The notes beneath the pieces are model-generated. The model searched no databases, was not told the DNA's origin, and saw nothing but the letters and a program-made list of their open reading frames with translations. Source: Bacteroidia bacterium (lineage in GTDB: Bacteria; Bacteroidota; Bacteroidia; Bacteroidales; VadinHA17). Taken from it: a stretch of 64,000 bases of DNA. A program made the translations under genes and the position numbers. Where the stretch lies: the NCBI GenBank assembly GCA_026391215.1, contig JAPLDX010000048.1:22052-86051 (forward strand), written 5' to 3'. Positions 23,501-31,093 of this stretch are shown one piece after another; positions within the stretch are counted from its first letter, which is position 1; every line of letters starts with the position of its first letter.

Positions 23501-26500
23501 ATAAATCTAACTGGCATCTGCCGTGGTTCTGCAGCATGGGGTGATTACAATAATGATGGCAGGCTTGACCTGTTAATGACTGGTGAAAAGCAAAATGGAG
23601 AAAGAGTAATAAAAATCTATCGTAATTACTCGGCGACAGTCAACATTACACCTGCATCACCGGCCGGATTATCGTTAACCAGCAACGAGACATCGATAAT
23701 TCTCAGATGGAACAGGGTTGCAGGTGATGTCACTCCCCCAAAAGGAATGAGCTACAATGTCAGGATTGGTACTTCTTCCGGAGGATACAATGCAGTATCT
23801 CCAATGTCACTTTCATCAGGATCACACATGGTATCCAAAACAGGAAATGCCTGGTCCGATACTCTGTTCATTCTGAAGAATCCTAAAAAAGCAACCTATT
23901 ATTGCAGTGTCCAAGCTATAGACAATGGATTACTCGCCGGCTCCTTTGGATCAGAACAATCTATTGTCTTCTCTGCCTCTGTCCAGGCTTCAAAAATCAT
24001 AGCTGACAGTATACAGGGTAAAAGCTTAAAGCTGCTGTGGGAACGCGGGAATGGATCTGCCTGTATCGTATTTGCTAAGAAAGGTTCGGACGGAACAGCG
24101 TTACCTGTAAACGGAACGTTGTATACAGCAGATCAGGCATATGGGAATGGTACGCAGATTGGCGCCAGCGGATGGTACTGTGTTTACAGCGGTACAGGGA
24201 ATGGTGTAAAGATTAACAACCTAGAACCGGCTACTAGTTATATTTTCCATGTAATAGAATTTGAAGCGGGTCCTGTTTATTATACCCAGACCGGGCAGGG
24301 CAATCCTTTTACATTGCAGACAAATATGTTCACTGAGATGACAGGTATATCACTGCCGGGTATCGCTTCCGGGACTGCACTCTGGGGAGATTATGATAAT
24401 GATAACGATCTTGATATCCTGCTGACCGGACTAATAATTAATAATGTAAGAATTTCAAAGATATACCGGAATGACGGAGGCAATAAATTCACTGAACAAA
24501 CCAGTATAAGTTTTACCCCATTAAACGGAAGTTCCGCAGCATGGGGCGATTATGATAACGATGGAGATCTTGACCTTTTATTGACAGGGTATAATGGTCT
24601 GTCACCTGTTTCAAAAATATATCGCAACAATGGTGATAATACATTTGCTGAGCAAAGCAGCATAAATCTGCCTGCAATCAGTGATGCGTCAGTATCCTGG
24701 GCAGATTATGACAATGACGGTCATCTCGATATCTTATTGTCAGGGAACACTGGTGAGTCAGGGATAACTAAAGTATTCAGGAACTATGGCGACAACACTT
24801 TTATTGAACAGACTTCCATAGTACTTCAGGGATTGTCAAGGGGCTCTACAGCATGGGGTGATTACGATAATGACGGAGATCCTGATATTTTACTGACCGG
24901 AGGGAACAGTTCAAGGATTTATTGTAATAATGGGAATAATACATTTACCGACCAGTCAACTATTTATCTGAGAGGACTCGACGGAGGCTCAGTTGCCTGG
25001 GGCGATTATGATAACGACGGTGATCTGGATATTTTGTACAGCAGCAACGGTGCTTCATTGGTTTACCGCAATAACGGAAACAACACCTTTGAGGAGCAAA
25101 CCAGCATAATCCTGCAGGGAGTTCATGAGACATCTGCAGCCTGGGGTGACTATGATAATGACGGATATACCGATATTTTACTGGCAGGTTATAATGACTC
25201 ATGGATACCTGTCACCAGAGTGTACAAGAACAATGGCAACAACACTTTTACTGCGCAGAATGGAATAATCCTGACAGGCGTCGGGGATCCCTCAGTAGCC
25301 TGGGGAGATTATGATAACGACGGGAAGCTCGATATTTTATTGACAGGGAATACGAAATCAATACTCGTTTCAAAGGTTTACAGAAATGATTGTTTAATAT
25401 CCAATACAGCTCCATCAGCTCCAGCTGGTTTGTCAGTTACCAGTAATGAAACATCGGTGATCCTTAAATGGAACAGAGTATCAGGCGATGCGACCTCCTC
25501 CAGGGGAATGAGCTATAATGTTCGTATCGGTACCTCCCCGGGAGGAAGCGATGTGGTTTCACCTATGTCGCTGACATCAGGATTAAGGCTTTTACCGGCT
25601 CTGGGTAATGCCCAGTCCGATACAGCTTTTTTCCTGAAGTATCCTAAGAAGATCACTTATTACTGCAGTGTCCAGGCAATTGATAATGGATTTTCTTCCG
25701 GGCCGTTTGCTTCCGAACAATCCATCACATATACGTATTCATTACAGGCTTCACAGGTAATAGCAAGTAATATCCGGGGATCAACATTGAACCTGAACTG
25801 GAACAGAGGTAATGGATCAGCCTGTCTGGTATTTGCTAAAAAATCAGAAGTTGGTTCGGCATCTCCCGTTGACAATACAACATATATTGCCAGTCAGCAA
25901 TTTGGAGCTGGTTCACAGATTGGCACAACAGGCTGGTACTGTATTTACAATGGAACCGGCAACAAAGTGACTGTCACAGGACTGGAAGCATTGACGAAAT
26001 ATACATTCCATGTGGCGGAATACGACGCAGGTCCGAAATATGATACCAGGTCAGCTCAATTCAACCCGGCAGTTGCAGAAACCGGACTATTTGATGAGCA
26101 GACAGGAATAACAATACCGGCGCTTTCGCAAAGCAGTACAGCCTGGGGTGATTATGACAACGATGGTGATTTTGACCTTTTGCTTACAGGTCTTTCATCT
26201 TCAGGGAATTTGTCTAAAATATTCCGTAACGAGGGGAGTAATGTATTTGCCGAACAGACCTCAATAACTCTTATGGGTGTTTCCGGAGGTTCCTCCGCAT
26301 GGGGCGATTATGATAATGACGGAGATATTGATATTCTGCTTACAGGCAGCGGATATTCAAAAATTTACAGGAATAACGGAAACAATTCTTTCTCGGAACA
26401 GACCGGTATTAATTTACTTAAGGTACAAAAAAGCTGCGCGGCCTGGGGAGATTATAACAATGATGGTTTCCCGGATATCCTGTTGACAGGCAATAGTTCA

Positions 26501-29500
26501 ACAGGTAATATATCGAAAGTTTACCGCAATAATGGTGATAATACATTTACCGATCAGACAGGCATTGTTCTGCAGGGAGTTTCTGAAGGTTCCTCTGCAT
26601 GGGGCGATTATGATAATGACGGCGACCTGGATATTTTACTGACCGGAACAACTAACGGATCAGTTTCAGGAGCAGCTTCAGAAATCTACAGGAACAATGG
26701 TGATAACACATTTACTGAACAATCCGGCATAACCCTCCTGGGAGTTTATCAGAGTGCTGCAGAATGGAACGATTATGATAGTGACGGCGATCTTGATATA
26801 ATGATAACCGGGTCCTCTTCAATAGGATATATTTCCAGGATTTACCGCAATAATGGTGACTATACTTTTACCCTGCAGACGACTCTTTCCTTTCCCGGAA
26901 TAATATCCGGGACCATAACATGGGGAGATTTTACAAATGACGGAAATCCGGATATCATACTCACAGGGACAATCAATGGTTCTGCCTCCGGAGCTGTATC
27001 AAGGTTCTACAGGAATAACGGTGACAATACCTTCAATGAGATGCCCGGAATCGTCCTCTCTGGAGTTTATCTGAGCTCAGCTGAGGCAGGCGATTACGAT
27101 ATGGACGGGAATCCGGACCTCCTTCTTACAGGCTCCGGTATTGACGGTAATCCTATAGTAAAATTATATCGTAACCTTATTTCAATACCAAACAATGAAC
27201 CGGCTGCACCAACAGGTCTGACAACCACAAGCAGCGAAGCATCAATTTTATTCCGGTGGAAAAGGGTTTCCGGAGATGCAACACCTTCCATGGGTATTGG
27301 TTACAATATCAGGATCGGTACTTCTCCCGGCGGAAGTGATGTGGTATCCCCGATGTCTCTCTCATCAGGATCACGCCTTGTACCTGATTATGGCAATTCC
27401 CGTTCCGATTCTGTTTTTGTTCTGAAGTCACCAAAGAAGATAACCTATTACTGGAGTGTTCAGGCTGTTGATAACGGATTCAATCCCGGACCATTTTCTG
27501 CCGAACAATCTGTAACGTATACAATATCCGTACAGGCTTCCAGGGTAATTGCAGCTTCTGTTGAGGGAACAAACATTGATCTTGAGTGGACCAGGGGAAA
27601 CGGCTCTGCATGTGTAGTCTTTGCGAAGAAAACAAACAGTGGTTCAGCATTGCCTGTTGACGGAGATACGTATAGTGCTGATGCAAATTTCGGTGCAGGA
27701 ACCGAGATCGGTACTACCGGATGGTATTGTGTTTATTATGGAACTGATAATTTTGTCAATGTAAGAAACCTTGAATCACTTACATATTATACATTCCATG
27801 TAATAGAATTTGATCCGGGACCGGTATATGATACCAGGACAGGCCTGGAAAATCCATTAATAACTAAAACCGGATTATTCGATGAACAAACAGGAATAGC
27901 CATTCAGGGAATAACACAGGGATCAGTTTCCTGGGGTGATTATGACAGCGATGAAAACCCGGATATTCTTATTACAGGAAGCGGGTATTCAAGGATTTAT
28001 CACAACAACAGTGACAATACCTTCGCCCAGGCAGTAACAATGACAGGTGTCTTCTACAGCTCCGCTGCCTGGAGCGATTATGACAATGATGGTGATATTG
28101 ATATCCTGGTTACAGGAAGTGCATCCTCAAAAATTTACCGCAATGACGGTGGGAATACTCTTACCGAACAGACAGCAATAATTCTTGCCGGAGTTTCATA
28201 TGGTTCTTCAGCCTGGGGCGATTATGACAATGATGGCGATCCTGATATATTACTGACAGGCCGGCTGAGCTCAGGAGAAGGAGTCACGAAGATTTACCTT
28301 AATAATGGCAATGACACTTTCAGCGAACAAACACGAATCAGCCTGCCAAATGTATACTACAGTTCTGTTGCCTGGGGCGATTATGATAATGACGGGTTTT
28401 TAGACATTCTTCTTTCAGGTACTTCAAATGGACTGCCGTCGGGAGCATTATCAAAAGTTTACAGGAACAATGGCGATAACAGTTTTACCGTGCAATCAGA
28501 AATAATCCTCCAGGGAGTATATCAGGGCTCAGCAGCCTGGATCGATTATGATTCTGACGGCGATCTTGATATTTTACTCTCAGGAAGCACTGGCATCTCG
28601 GCCTCATCAGCTGTTTCGAAAATTTACCGAAATAATGGTGAGAACAGTTTCACAGAGCAAACCGCAATAAGCCTCCATGGAGTCTATCAAAGTTCTGCAG
28701 CATGGGGCGATCTTGATAACAATGGATATCCGGATATTCTGCTGACAGGCCGGTCAGCCAGCGGTGAATACAGGGCTGATGCATACCTTAATGATGGTGA
28801 AAATAACTTTACGGAACAGGAGAGTATTAGACTGACAGGAGTAATTTACAGTTCAGCAGAATTGTGTGATTATAACAAAGACGGTAAGCTCGATTTGTTA
28901 CTGTCCGGACAGTCAGGCAACGGTGCCATTTCAAAAATTTATCGAAACACTTCAACCGGTTCTAACAGCGCGCCTGCCACACCGATCGGCTTAACAGCCA
29001 CAGAAACAGAAACATCACTGATACTTAAATGGAACAGGGTTACGGGTGATGCTACACCGGCCGGCAGCATTATCTACAATGTACGTGTTGGTACTTCACC
29101 GGGAATCGGTGATATTGTATCTTCCATGTCAACGGCTTCAGGATCATCACTGATCCCTGATATAGGGAATGCCAGATCAGATACCCTTTATATCCTCAGA
29201 TATCCTCAGAAAACAACTTATTACTGGAGTGTTCAGTCTGTCGACAACGGATTTATGACCAGCCCGTTTGCAGCAGAACAAACTTTCGTCTTTACCAGTT
29301 CTGTTCAGGCATCTCTTGTTTATGCTGATAACATCCAGGGATCAAGCGTAAGCCTGACCTGGCGAAGAGGTAACGGAACAGCTTGTATGGTATTTGCAAA
29401 AGAGGGTGGAACAGGAATCGCTGAACCTGCAGACGGTACTGATTATACTGCCGGCCAGGTATACGGCTCCGGTACACAAATTGGCACAAGCGGATGGTAC

Positions 29501-31093
29501 TGTGTCTATAAAGGTACAGGAAACAATACGGTGATTACCGGACTGACCCCGATGCAAACATATTCTTTCCAGGTAACTGAATATGAAGCTGGTCCTGCTT
29601 ATTATACTCAAAGCGGCCAAGGCAACCCTGTTGCAGTACGCACAGGATTATTCGCTGAACAGACAGGAATAACTCTGCCCGGTGTAACAAACAGTTCATC
29701 AGCCTGGGGTGATTATGATAACGATGGCGATCTTGATATTGTTATTACCGGAAACACAAGCTCCGGACGTATTTCGAAGATATTCCGGAATAATGGCAAT
29801 AATAGTTTTACAGAAAATACAGGGGTGAGCCTTCCGGGAATAGGTTATGGTTCTGTTGCCTGGGGAGACTATGATAATGATGGAGACATTGATCTTTTAC
29901 TTACAGGTACCTCCAATGGTTCTCCATCAGGAGCCTTATCCGGAATATTCAGGAATAACGGCAACAGTACATTTACCGAACAATCTGCAATTGCTTTGCC
30001 TGGAGCTTATTACAGCTCTGCTGCCTGGGGCGATTATGATAATGATGGCTGGCTTGATATCTTAATAACAGGAACAAACAATGGCTTATCATCAGGTGCA
30101 TTTTCAAAGATCTTCCGCAATAACGGGGACAACACTTTCACAGAACAAACAGGCATTGACCTGCAGGGAGTCTGTTTCAGCTCAGTTGTCTGGGGTGATT
30201 ATGATAATGATAATGACCTTGATATTCTGATGGCCGGCAGCCTGCTTTCAAAGATTTACCGTAATAACGGGAATAACTCCTTTACCGAACAAACGGGCAT
30301 AACTCTTCCGGGAATCAATAACGGATCAGTCGCCTGGGGTGATTATGACAATGACGGTGATCTTGATATCCTGATAACAGGATCTTCCTCATCAGGGTAT
30401 AATTCAAAGATATTCCGCAATAACGGAGATAATACTTTTACGGCTCAGAATATCATCAGCATAACCGGGATCTCCTATGGTTCAGGGAACTGGGGTGATT
30501 ATGACAATGATGGGCTTCTCGATATTCTGATAACCGGGCGGGCTGGAAATACTTCATCAGAGATAATCACTGAATTCTATCATAATAATGGCAACAATTC
30601 CTTTACAGAGCAGACCAATCTAAGCCTGGAAGGCGTTTATAACAGCTCAGTTGCCTGGGGAGACTATAATAATGACGGGAAGCTAGATATACTGCTTACA
30701 GGACAGAACTCGAGTTATGTTCCGGTGTCCCGGATTTACAGGAATCTTTCAGCAGAACCAAATACTCCTCCGGGAGTACCGACCGGATTGTCGTCTGCTG
30801 TAAGTGATACATCAATAATTCTGTCATGGACGAAGGCAAATGATGATAACACTCCGGCCGCCGGGATCAGCTACAATATCCGCATTGGCTCTTCATCAGG
30901 GGCAAATGATATAGTGCCGTCAATGTCGCTGAATAATGGAACGAAATTATTCCCGGGCATCGGGAATGCACAGTCAGGGACATCCTTCCTTCTTAATTAT
31001 CCTAAGAAAGCAACTTATTACTGGAGCGTTCAGGCTGTTGATCATGGATTTGCTTCCGGAGCTTTTTCAGAAGAAAAAACATTTGTCTTTTAA
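8534..31093 (+). CDS. Giant FG-GAP/FN3 repeat protein, N-terminal part (7519 aa; 13 propeller units; signal peptide but no T9SS CTD)
   Basis: ATG 8534 gives MNKNFLIKPALILLCIIINIDLFP-Q, a typical signal peptide. 13 x 7 WxD[YF]DxDG blades, each set followed by FN3-like domains. Ends at TAA 31091-31093 inside a repeat linker. Confidence 0.9.
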   Translation: MNKNFLIKPALILLCIIINIDLFPQTFVDTGITLTGVQRSSSSWCDYDRDGDMDILITGDNISKIYRNDGSNTFNEQTGIVLEGIWQGSVSWGDYDNNGYPDILMTGYSSSGTISKVYRNNGDNTFTEQTTIVLKGVGDSSTEWGDYDNDGDQDILLTGNGYSRIYSNNGDNTFTWQTSISLQGISESSVAWGDYDRDGDLDILLTGGDISKIYRNNGNNTFSEQTSISLIGISCSSVDWGDYDNDGYLDILLTGNDNSGTPLSKIYRNNGDNSFSEQTDIGLTGVNYGSAVWGDYNNDGYTDILLTGSNYGGPVSKVYKNNGNNTFTEQTDIILTAVYNSRVAWGDYNNDGKLDILLTGDTGSVTVSKIYQNAIATANTAPAAPAGLSATSDETSVTLQWSSVTGDATPAGGMSYNVRVGTSPGGNDVVSPMSLTAGSHLLPVNGNDGSNTSYVLKNPPKATLYWSVQAIDNGFLGGAFADEQSLTYSVSLQASHVFTDSIKTSSVILNWTRGNGSACVVFGKKGNSGSAAPEDGTTYTPDPAFGTGSQIGSTGWFCVYSGNGSSVNVVDLEPATYYVFQVIEFQAGPAYYFTTGQANPITFRTTTFVELTGVTLESVTNCSSAWCDYDRDGDLDILLTGNGISKIYRNDGSNTFNEQTGIVLEGVSNSSVAWGDFNNDGYPDILLTGDGPGYPVSKVYRNNGNNTFSEQTSIVLIGVSNSSVAWSDYDNDGDQDILLTGNGNSRIYSNNGDNTFTYQAGIILRNVNRAAVDWADYDRDGDLDILLIGWGWTNIYRNNGNNTFTDQTSISIQGVNDATAAWGDYDNDGYPDIVLAGWDNSQCISKIYHNNGGNSFTELTGTALTPVCNGSVDWGDFDNDGYLDILLAGWGPAGPVSIIYSNNGNSTFSEQTDINLKGVGSSSVSWGDYNNDGKLDILLTGDTGSGYASKIYQNATGTANIAPAAPPGLSATGVPTSVAFQWSGVTEDATPAGGMSYNLRIGTSPGGSDVISPMSLVAGSHLLPNYGNVGSSVYYTLKNPPKATLYWSVQAVDNGLMAGAFAAEQSIAFSISLQASRVFADSIMPSSLRLNWTRGNGSGRVVFAKKGNSGTATPENGMTYTANTSFGSGSQIGTSGWYCVYNGTGSGVEITGLEPLTNYIFQVIEYDAGNIYFTETGQSNPVVIQTNAFIEQTDILLQGISHSYLAWGDYDRDGDLDIVLTGDGMSKIYRNEGSNTFTEQAGIIPETISNSTVAWGDYDNDGYPDILLTGDGPSGPVSKVYHNNENNTFTVQTSIILQGISNGAAEWGDYDNDGDQDILLVGNGHTRIYSNNGDNTFTWQAGITIQGASESSAAWGDCDNDGDLDVLLTGWNSARIFRNNGDNTFIEITGLPLHGVSWGSASWGDYDNDGWLDILLAGNGSSKVYRNNHNNTFSEQTGITMVGTWNSSAAWGDFDNDGYADILLTGWGPDKQISKVYRNNGNNTFSEQTGITLTGINNGSASWGDYNNDGKLDILLSGDIQNGGVTKIYQNNYITSNAAPAAPAGLSTTSNETSVTLQWNKVIGDATPADGMSYNVRIGTTPGGSDVVSPLSLTSGSRLLPKQGNAQSNTFYILKNPPKTTFYWSIQAIDNGLMSGPFAAEQSFTYSVSLQASNVFADSIRLSSVQLKWTRGNGSACAVFAKKANTGTAVPVNSTVYTANTVFGSGQQIATSGWYCVYNGTGSGVKVTGLEILTDYIFLVIEYDAGPVYYAETGNSNPAVVQTNAFEEQTGIVLQNMGNTAGAWADYDKDGDPDILLTGDGMSRLYLNNGDNTFTEQAGIIPDNFSSSTVAWGDFNNDGYPDILITGDCQSGQVSRVYRNNGDNTFTWQTSIVLPGINNGSTEWGDYDSDGDQDILLAGNGFSRIYSNNGDNTFTWQSGISLPGISNGAATWGDYDNDSDPDVLLSGWGFSKIFRNNGDRTFTEQTGISLQATNDGASAAWGDYDNDGYLDILLTGLNNSSGQISKVYHNNGDNTFTEQTGIILTGINNGSSAWGDFDNDGFADILLSGYTATRQISKIYRNNGDGTFSEQTGIVLAGAGNCIAAWGDYNNDGKLDILLSGDSGYGGISKIYKNSYITSNTAPGTPSGLSETTGEASITLQWGDVTGDATTAEGMSYNVRIGNTPGGSEVVSPMSLASGSHLIPRRGNVWSGTSFILKNPAKTTFYWSVQAVDNGLLAGAFAGEQSFNYSVSLQASNVFADSIKPYSVRLNWTRGNGSACVVLAKKGNSGTATPENGIIYTANPVFGNGSQIGTSGWYCIYNGTGSSVKVTGLEALTDYVFQVIEYDAGPSYFTETGQANPAVVQSNAFEEQTGITLQGVNNSSSAWADYDRDGDLDILLTGDDVSKIYRNNGNNTFTEQTGIILQGVNNSSVAWGDYDNDGYPDILLSGCSPSGVISRVYRNNGNNTFTEQTSIALQGVCNGSVSWADYDNDGDPDILLSGSGITRIYSNNGDNTFTWQTGIVLQNTDGSSAAWSDYDRDGDPDLLLTGWNNSRIYRNNGNNFFTDQTGISLETISQGSVAWGDYDNDGNPDILLTGYTNSWVPISKIYHNNGNNSFSELAGTSLTGVGNGSVAWGDFDNDGYPDILLTGYDPAGKQISKVYHNNGNSTFSEQPGIVLKGVGHGSAAWGDYTNDGKLDFMLTGYSGYGGISGIYQNFITTSNSAPAAPTGLSATGTEAAVTFQWSGVSGDATPTAGMSYNVRIGTTPGGSEIVSPMSLTSGSRLLPDQGNAWYNTQFILKKPEMATLYWSVQAIDKGLLSGPFSAEQTFTYSFPLQASNVFADSINPSFLKLNWTRGNGSGCLVFVKKGDSGSAIPVNSTVYLANTVFGSGTQIGSTGWYCVYNGTGASVRIMGLEPLTNYVYHVIEFDTGPSYFTQTGQANPVIIQSNAFAEQTDIILQGVNNNSIAWCDYDRDGDLDIILTGDGMTKIYRNEGVNTFIEQTTIALQGVSSGSVAWGDYDNDGYPDILLTGDSPSGPVSRVYRNNGNNTFTDQASIVLIGVSNSSVAWGDYNNDGNPDILLSGHDKDNNGISRIYRNNGDNTFTWQEGISLYGVSESSVAWGDYDNDGDLDILLTGWSSSRIYCNNGDNTFTELSGITLYGVSWGSTAWGDYDNDGYLDILMTGNGISKVYRNSRNNTFSEQTGIILPAIWQGNAVWGDYDNDGYADILLTGYASAGHVSKVYRNNGNNTFTEQTGIVLKNIGNGNAVWGDYNNDGKLDILLSGDTGNGTVTKIYQNSLISSNAAPAAPGGLSATSNETSIIFKWNRVTGDATPAKGMSYNVRIGTTPGGSDMVAPMSLASGKRLVPEMGNVQSDTLFILKNPKKGTYYGSVQAIDNGFYPGAFAVEQSITYSYSVQASYIHADSIKALDMIIRWNRGNGSGCVVFAKKGDSGSAVPANGTTYTADPVFGNGSQIGATGWYCIYNGTGINVKVSGLEPLASYIFHVIEFETGLSYYTQTGQFNPAVLKTNLFAELTRTILPGIGGHCSSAWGDYDRDGDLDILLTGYGISKIYRNDGSNTFNEQTGIILEGVSASSASWGDYDNDGYLDILLTGWSNNGYSMSKIYRNNGDNTFTWQSSISLTGVVNGAVAWGDYDNDGDLDVLLTGSRYSKIYRNNGDNTFTEQTAISLTGVDSGTASWGDYDNDGDLDILMTGQAVASPVAKIFRNNGDNTFSEQTGINLEGINEGSAKWGDYDNDSYLDFFVAGQGRAKLFHNNGNNTFTEQTGISIPGINQSSATWGDYDNDGFIDILLSGNENTGLTVSKIFRNNGNKTFSEQTDIILPGVSRGSVDWGDYDNDGKLDILLTGDSRNGSISKIYKNYITKSNAAPAAPSGLSATTNETSVILRWNRVTGDETPAKGMSYNVRIGTSPGGSDVVSTMSLTSGSHLLSGMGNAQCDTMFILKYPDKVTYYWSVQAIDNGLKPGPFATEQTIIYSVRLQASQIIASDVQASQLSLTWRRGNGSSCMVFAKKGDTGSPLPSDGITYTSDPVFGNGSQIGTSGWYCVYNGTSTNVSITGLEPLTNYIFQVIEYETGPSYYTQSGQANPIVVMTNVFAEQTSIILPGVSNSTVAWGDYDNDGDLDILLTGVKINNERISKIHRNDGSNTFAEQTGIILQGVMNGSGDWGDYDNDGDLDILLTGEGISKIYRNNGNNTFSEQTGINLQGVSESSVAWADYDNDGYLDILLSGNNTSGIAVTKIYRNNGNNSFTEQTGITLPAIGYSALAWGDYDNDGYKDILLGNSKIYRNNGNNTFTEQTNINLYGVGEPSVAWGDYDNDGYLDILLSGTSNPESVSKIYRNNGNNTFSEQTGINLKGINQGSGCWGDFDNDGNLDILLTGGGFTKIYHNEGDNTFTEYPDLGQSGLQNSSAAWGDYNKDGKLDILLSGQSANGYITKIYRNLSGTSNIAPEAPAELSSTINETSVILKWNRVTGDATPSKGMSYNVRVGTSPGGSNVVSPMSLASGSRLLQSLGNTHADSLFILKNPKKTTYYWSVQAIDNGFLPGLFAAEQSLTYSLSVQASNVFADSIKPSSLRLNWTRGNGSGCVVFAKNDNSGMAEPVNGTAYSANPVFGNGTQIGTSGWYCVYSGTGISVNVTGITTTDNYIFHVIEFESGPSYYTQTGQANPFILLPSILAEQTGINLPAIGNRSSASWGDYDRDGDLDILLAGDGISKIYQNDGNNVFSEQTGITLPGIWQGSAAWGDYDNDGDLDILLTGYHSSVRISKVYRNNGNSSFTEQTGIILTGVGNSAVAWADFNSDGLLDISLTGDCPYGSVTQIYRNNGNNSFTEQPGLNILGVNNGSIEWGDYDHDGDPDILLTGNSTEGTISRIYSNNGDNTFTYQSGINLTGVGEGTAKWGDYDNDSNLDIILSGNGITKIYRNNGNSTFSEQTGISLQAVHQTSIAWGDYDNDGFPDIFLTGNNNSWISVAKIYHNNGDNTFSEQTDINLTGICRGSAAWGDYNNDGRLDLLMTGEKQNGERVIKIYRNYSATVNITPASPAGLSLTSNETSIILRWNRVAGDVTPPKGMSYNVRIGTSSGGYNAVSPMSLSSGSHMVSKTGNAWSDTLFILKNPKKATYYCSVQAIDNGLLAGSFGSEQSIVFSASVQASKIIADSIQGKSLKLLWERGNGSACIVFAKKGSDGTALPVNGTLYTADQAYGNGTQIGASGWYCVYSGTGNGVKINNLEPATSYIFHVIEFEAGPVYYTQTGQGNPFTLQTNMFTEMTGISLPGIASGTALWGDYDNDNDLDILLTGLIINNVRISKIYRNDGGNKFTEQTSISFTPLNGSSAAWGDYDNDGDLDLLLTGYNGLSPVSKIYRNNGDNTFAEQSSINLPAISDASVSWADYDNDGHLDILLSGNTGESGITKVFRNYGDNTFIEQTSIVLQGLSRGSTAWGDYDNDGDPDILLTGGNSSRIYCNNGNNTFTDQSTIYLRGLDGGSVAWGDYDNDGDLDILYSSNGASLVYRNNGNNTFEEQTSIILQGVHETSAAWGDYDNDGYTDILLAGYNDSWIPVTRVYKNNGNNTFTAQNGIILTGVGDPSVAWGDYDNDGKLDILLTGNTKSILVSKVYRNDCLISNTAPSAPAGLSVTSNETSVILKWNRVSGDATSSRGMSYNVRIGTSPGGSDVVSPMSLTSGLRLLPALGNAQSDTAFFLKYPKKITYYCSVQAIDNGFSSGPFASEQSITYTYSLQASQVIASNIRGSTLNLNWNRGNGSACLVFAKKSEVGSASPVDNTTYIASQQFGAGSQIGTTGWYCIYNGTGNKVTVTGLEALTKYTFHVAEYDAGPKYDTRSAQFNPAVAETGLFDEQTGITIPALSQSSTAWGDYDNDGDFDLLLTGLSSSGNLSKIFRNEGSNVFAEQTSITLMGVSGGSSAWGDYDNDGDIDILLTGSGYSKIYRNNGNNSFSEQTGINLLKVQKSCAAWGDYNNDGFPDILLTGNSSTGNISKVYRNNGDNTFTDQTGIVLQGVSEGSSAWGDYDNDGDLDILLTGTTNGSVSGAASEIYRNNGDNTFTEQSGITLLGVYQSAAEWNDYDSDGDLDIMITGSSSIGYISRIYRNNGDYTFTLQTTLSFPGIISGTITWGDFTNDGNPDIILTGTINGSASGAVSRFYRNNGDNTFNEMPGIVLSGVYLSSAEAGDYDMDGNPDLLLTGSGIDGNPIVKLYRNLISIPNNEPAAPTGLTTTSSEASILFRWKRVSGDATPSMGIGYNIRIGTSPGGSDVVSPMSLSSGSRLVPDYGNSRSDSVFVLKSPKKITYYWSVQAVDNGFNPGPFSAEQSVTYTISVQASRVIAASVEGTNIDLEWTRGNGSACVVFAKKTNSGSALPVDGDTYSADANFGAGTEIGTTGWYCVYYGTDNFVNVRNLESLTYYTFHVIEFDPGPVYDTRTGLENPLITKTGLFDEQTGIAIQGITQGSVSWGDYDSDENPDILITGSGYSRIYHNNSDNTFAQAVTMTGVFYSSAAWSDYDNDGDIDILVTGSASSKIYRNDGGNTLTEQTAIILAGVSYGSSAWGDYDNDGDPDILLTGRLSSGEGVTKIYLNNGNDTFSEQTRISLPNVYYSSVAWGDYDNDGFLDILLSGTSNGLPSGALSKVYRNNGDNSFTVQSEIILQGVYQGSAAWIDYDSDGDLDILLSGSTGISASSAVSKIYRNNGENSFTEQTAISLHGVYQSSAAWGDLDNNGYPDILLTGRSASGEYRADAYLNDGENNFTEQESIRLTGVIYSSAELCDYNKDGKLDLLLSGQSGNGAISKIYRNTSTGSNSAPATPIGLTATETETSLILKWNRVTGDATPAGSIIYNVRVGTSPGIGDIVSSMSTASGSSLIPDIGNARSDTLYILRYPQKTTYYWSVQSVDNGFMTSPFAAEQTFVFTSSVQASLVYADNIQGSSVSLTWRRGNGTACMVFAKEGGTGIAEPADGTDYTAGQVYGSGTQIGTSGWYCVYKGTGNNTVITGLTPMQTYSFQVTEYEAGPAYYTQSGQGNPVAVRTGLFAEQTGITLPGVTNSSSAWGDYDNDGDLDIVITGNTSSGRISKIFRNNGNNSFTENTGVSLPGIGYGSVAWGDYDNDGDIDLLLTGTSNGSPSGALSGIFRNNGNSTFTEQSAIALPGAYYSSAAWGDYDNDGWLDILITGTNNGLSSGAFSKIFRNNGDNTFTEQTGIDLQGVCFSSVVWGDYDNDNDLDILMAGSLLSKIYRNNGNNSFTEQTGITLPGINNGSVAWGDYDNDGDLDILITGSSSSGYNSKIFRNNGDNTFTAQNIISITGISYGSGNWGDYDNDGLLDILITGRAGNTSSEIITEFYHNNGNNSFTEQTNLSLEGVYNSSVAWGDYNNDGKLDILLTGQNSSYVPVSRIYRNLSAEPNTPPGVPTGLSSAVSDTSIILSWTKANDDNTPAAGISYNIRIGSSSGANDIVPSMSLNNGTKLFPGIGNAQSGTSFLLNYPKKATYYWSVQAVDHGFASGAFSEEKTFVF

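Noticed and set aside
31091-31093. Alternative genetic code or Sec/Pyl insertion at the internal stop
   Set aside because: The codon is TAA, not TGA or TAG, and TAA terminates neighbouring genes normally (for example 39323-39325 and 46521-46523).
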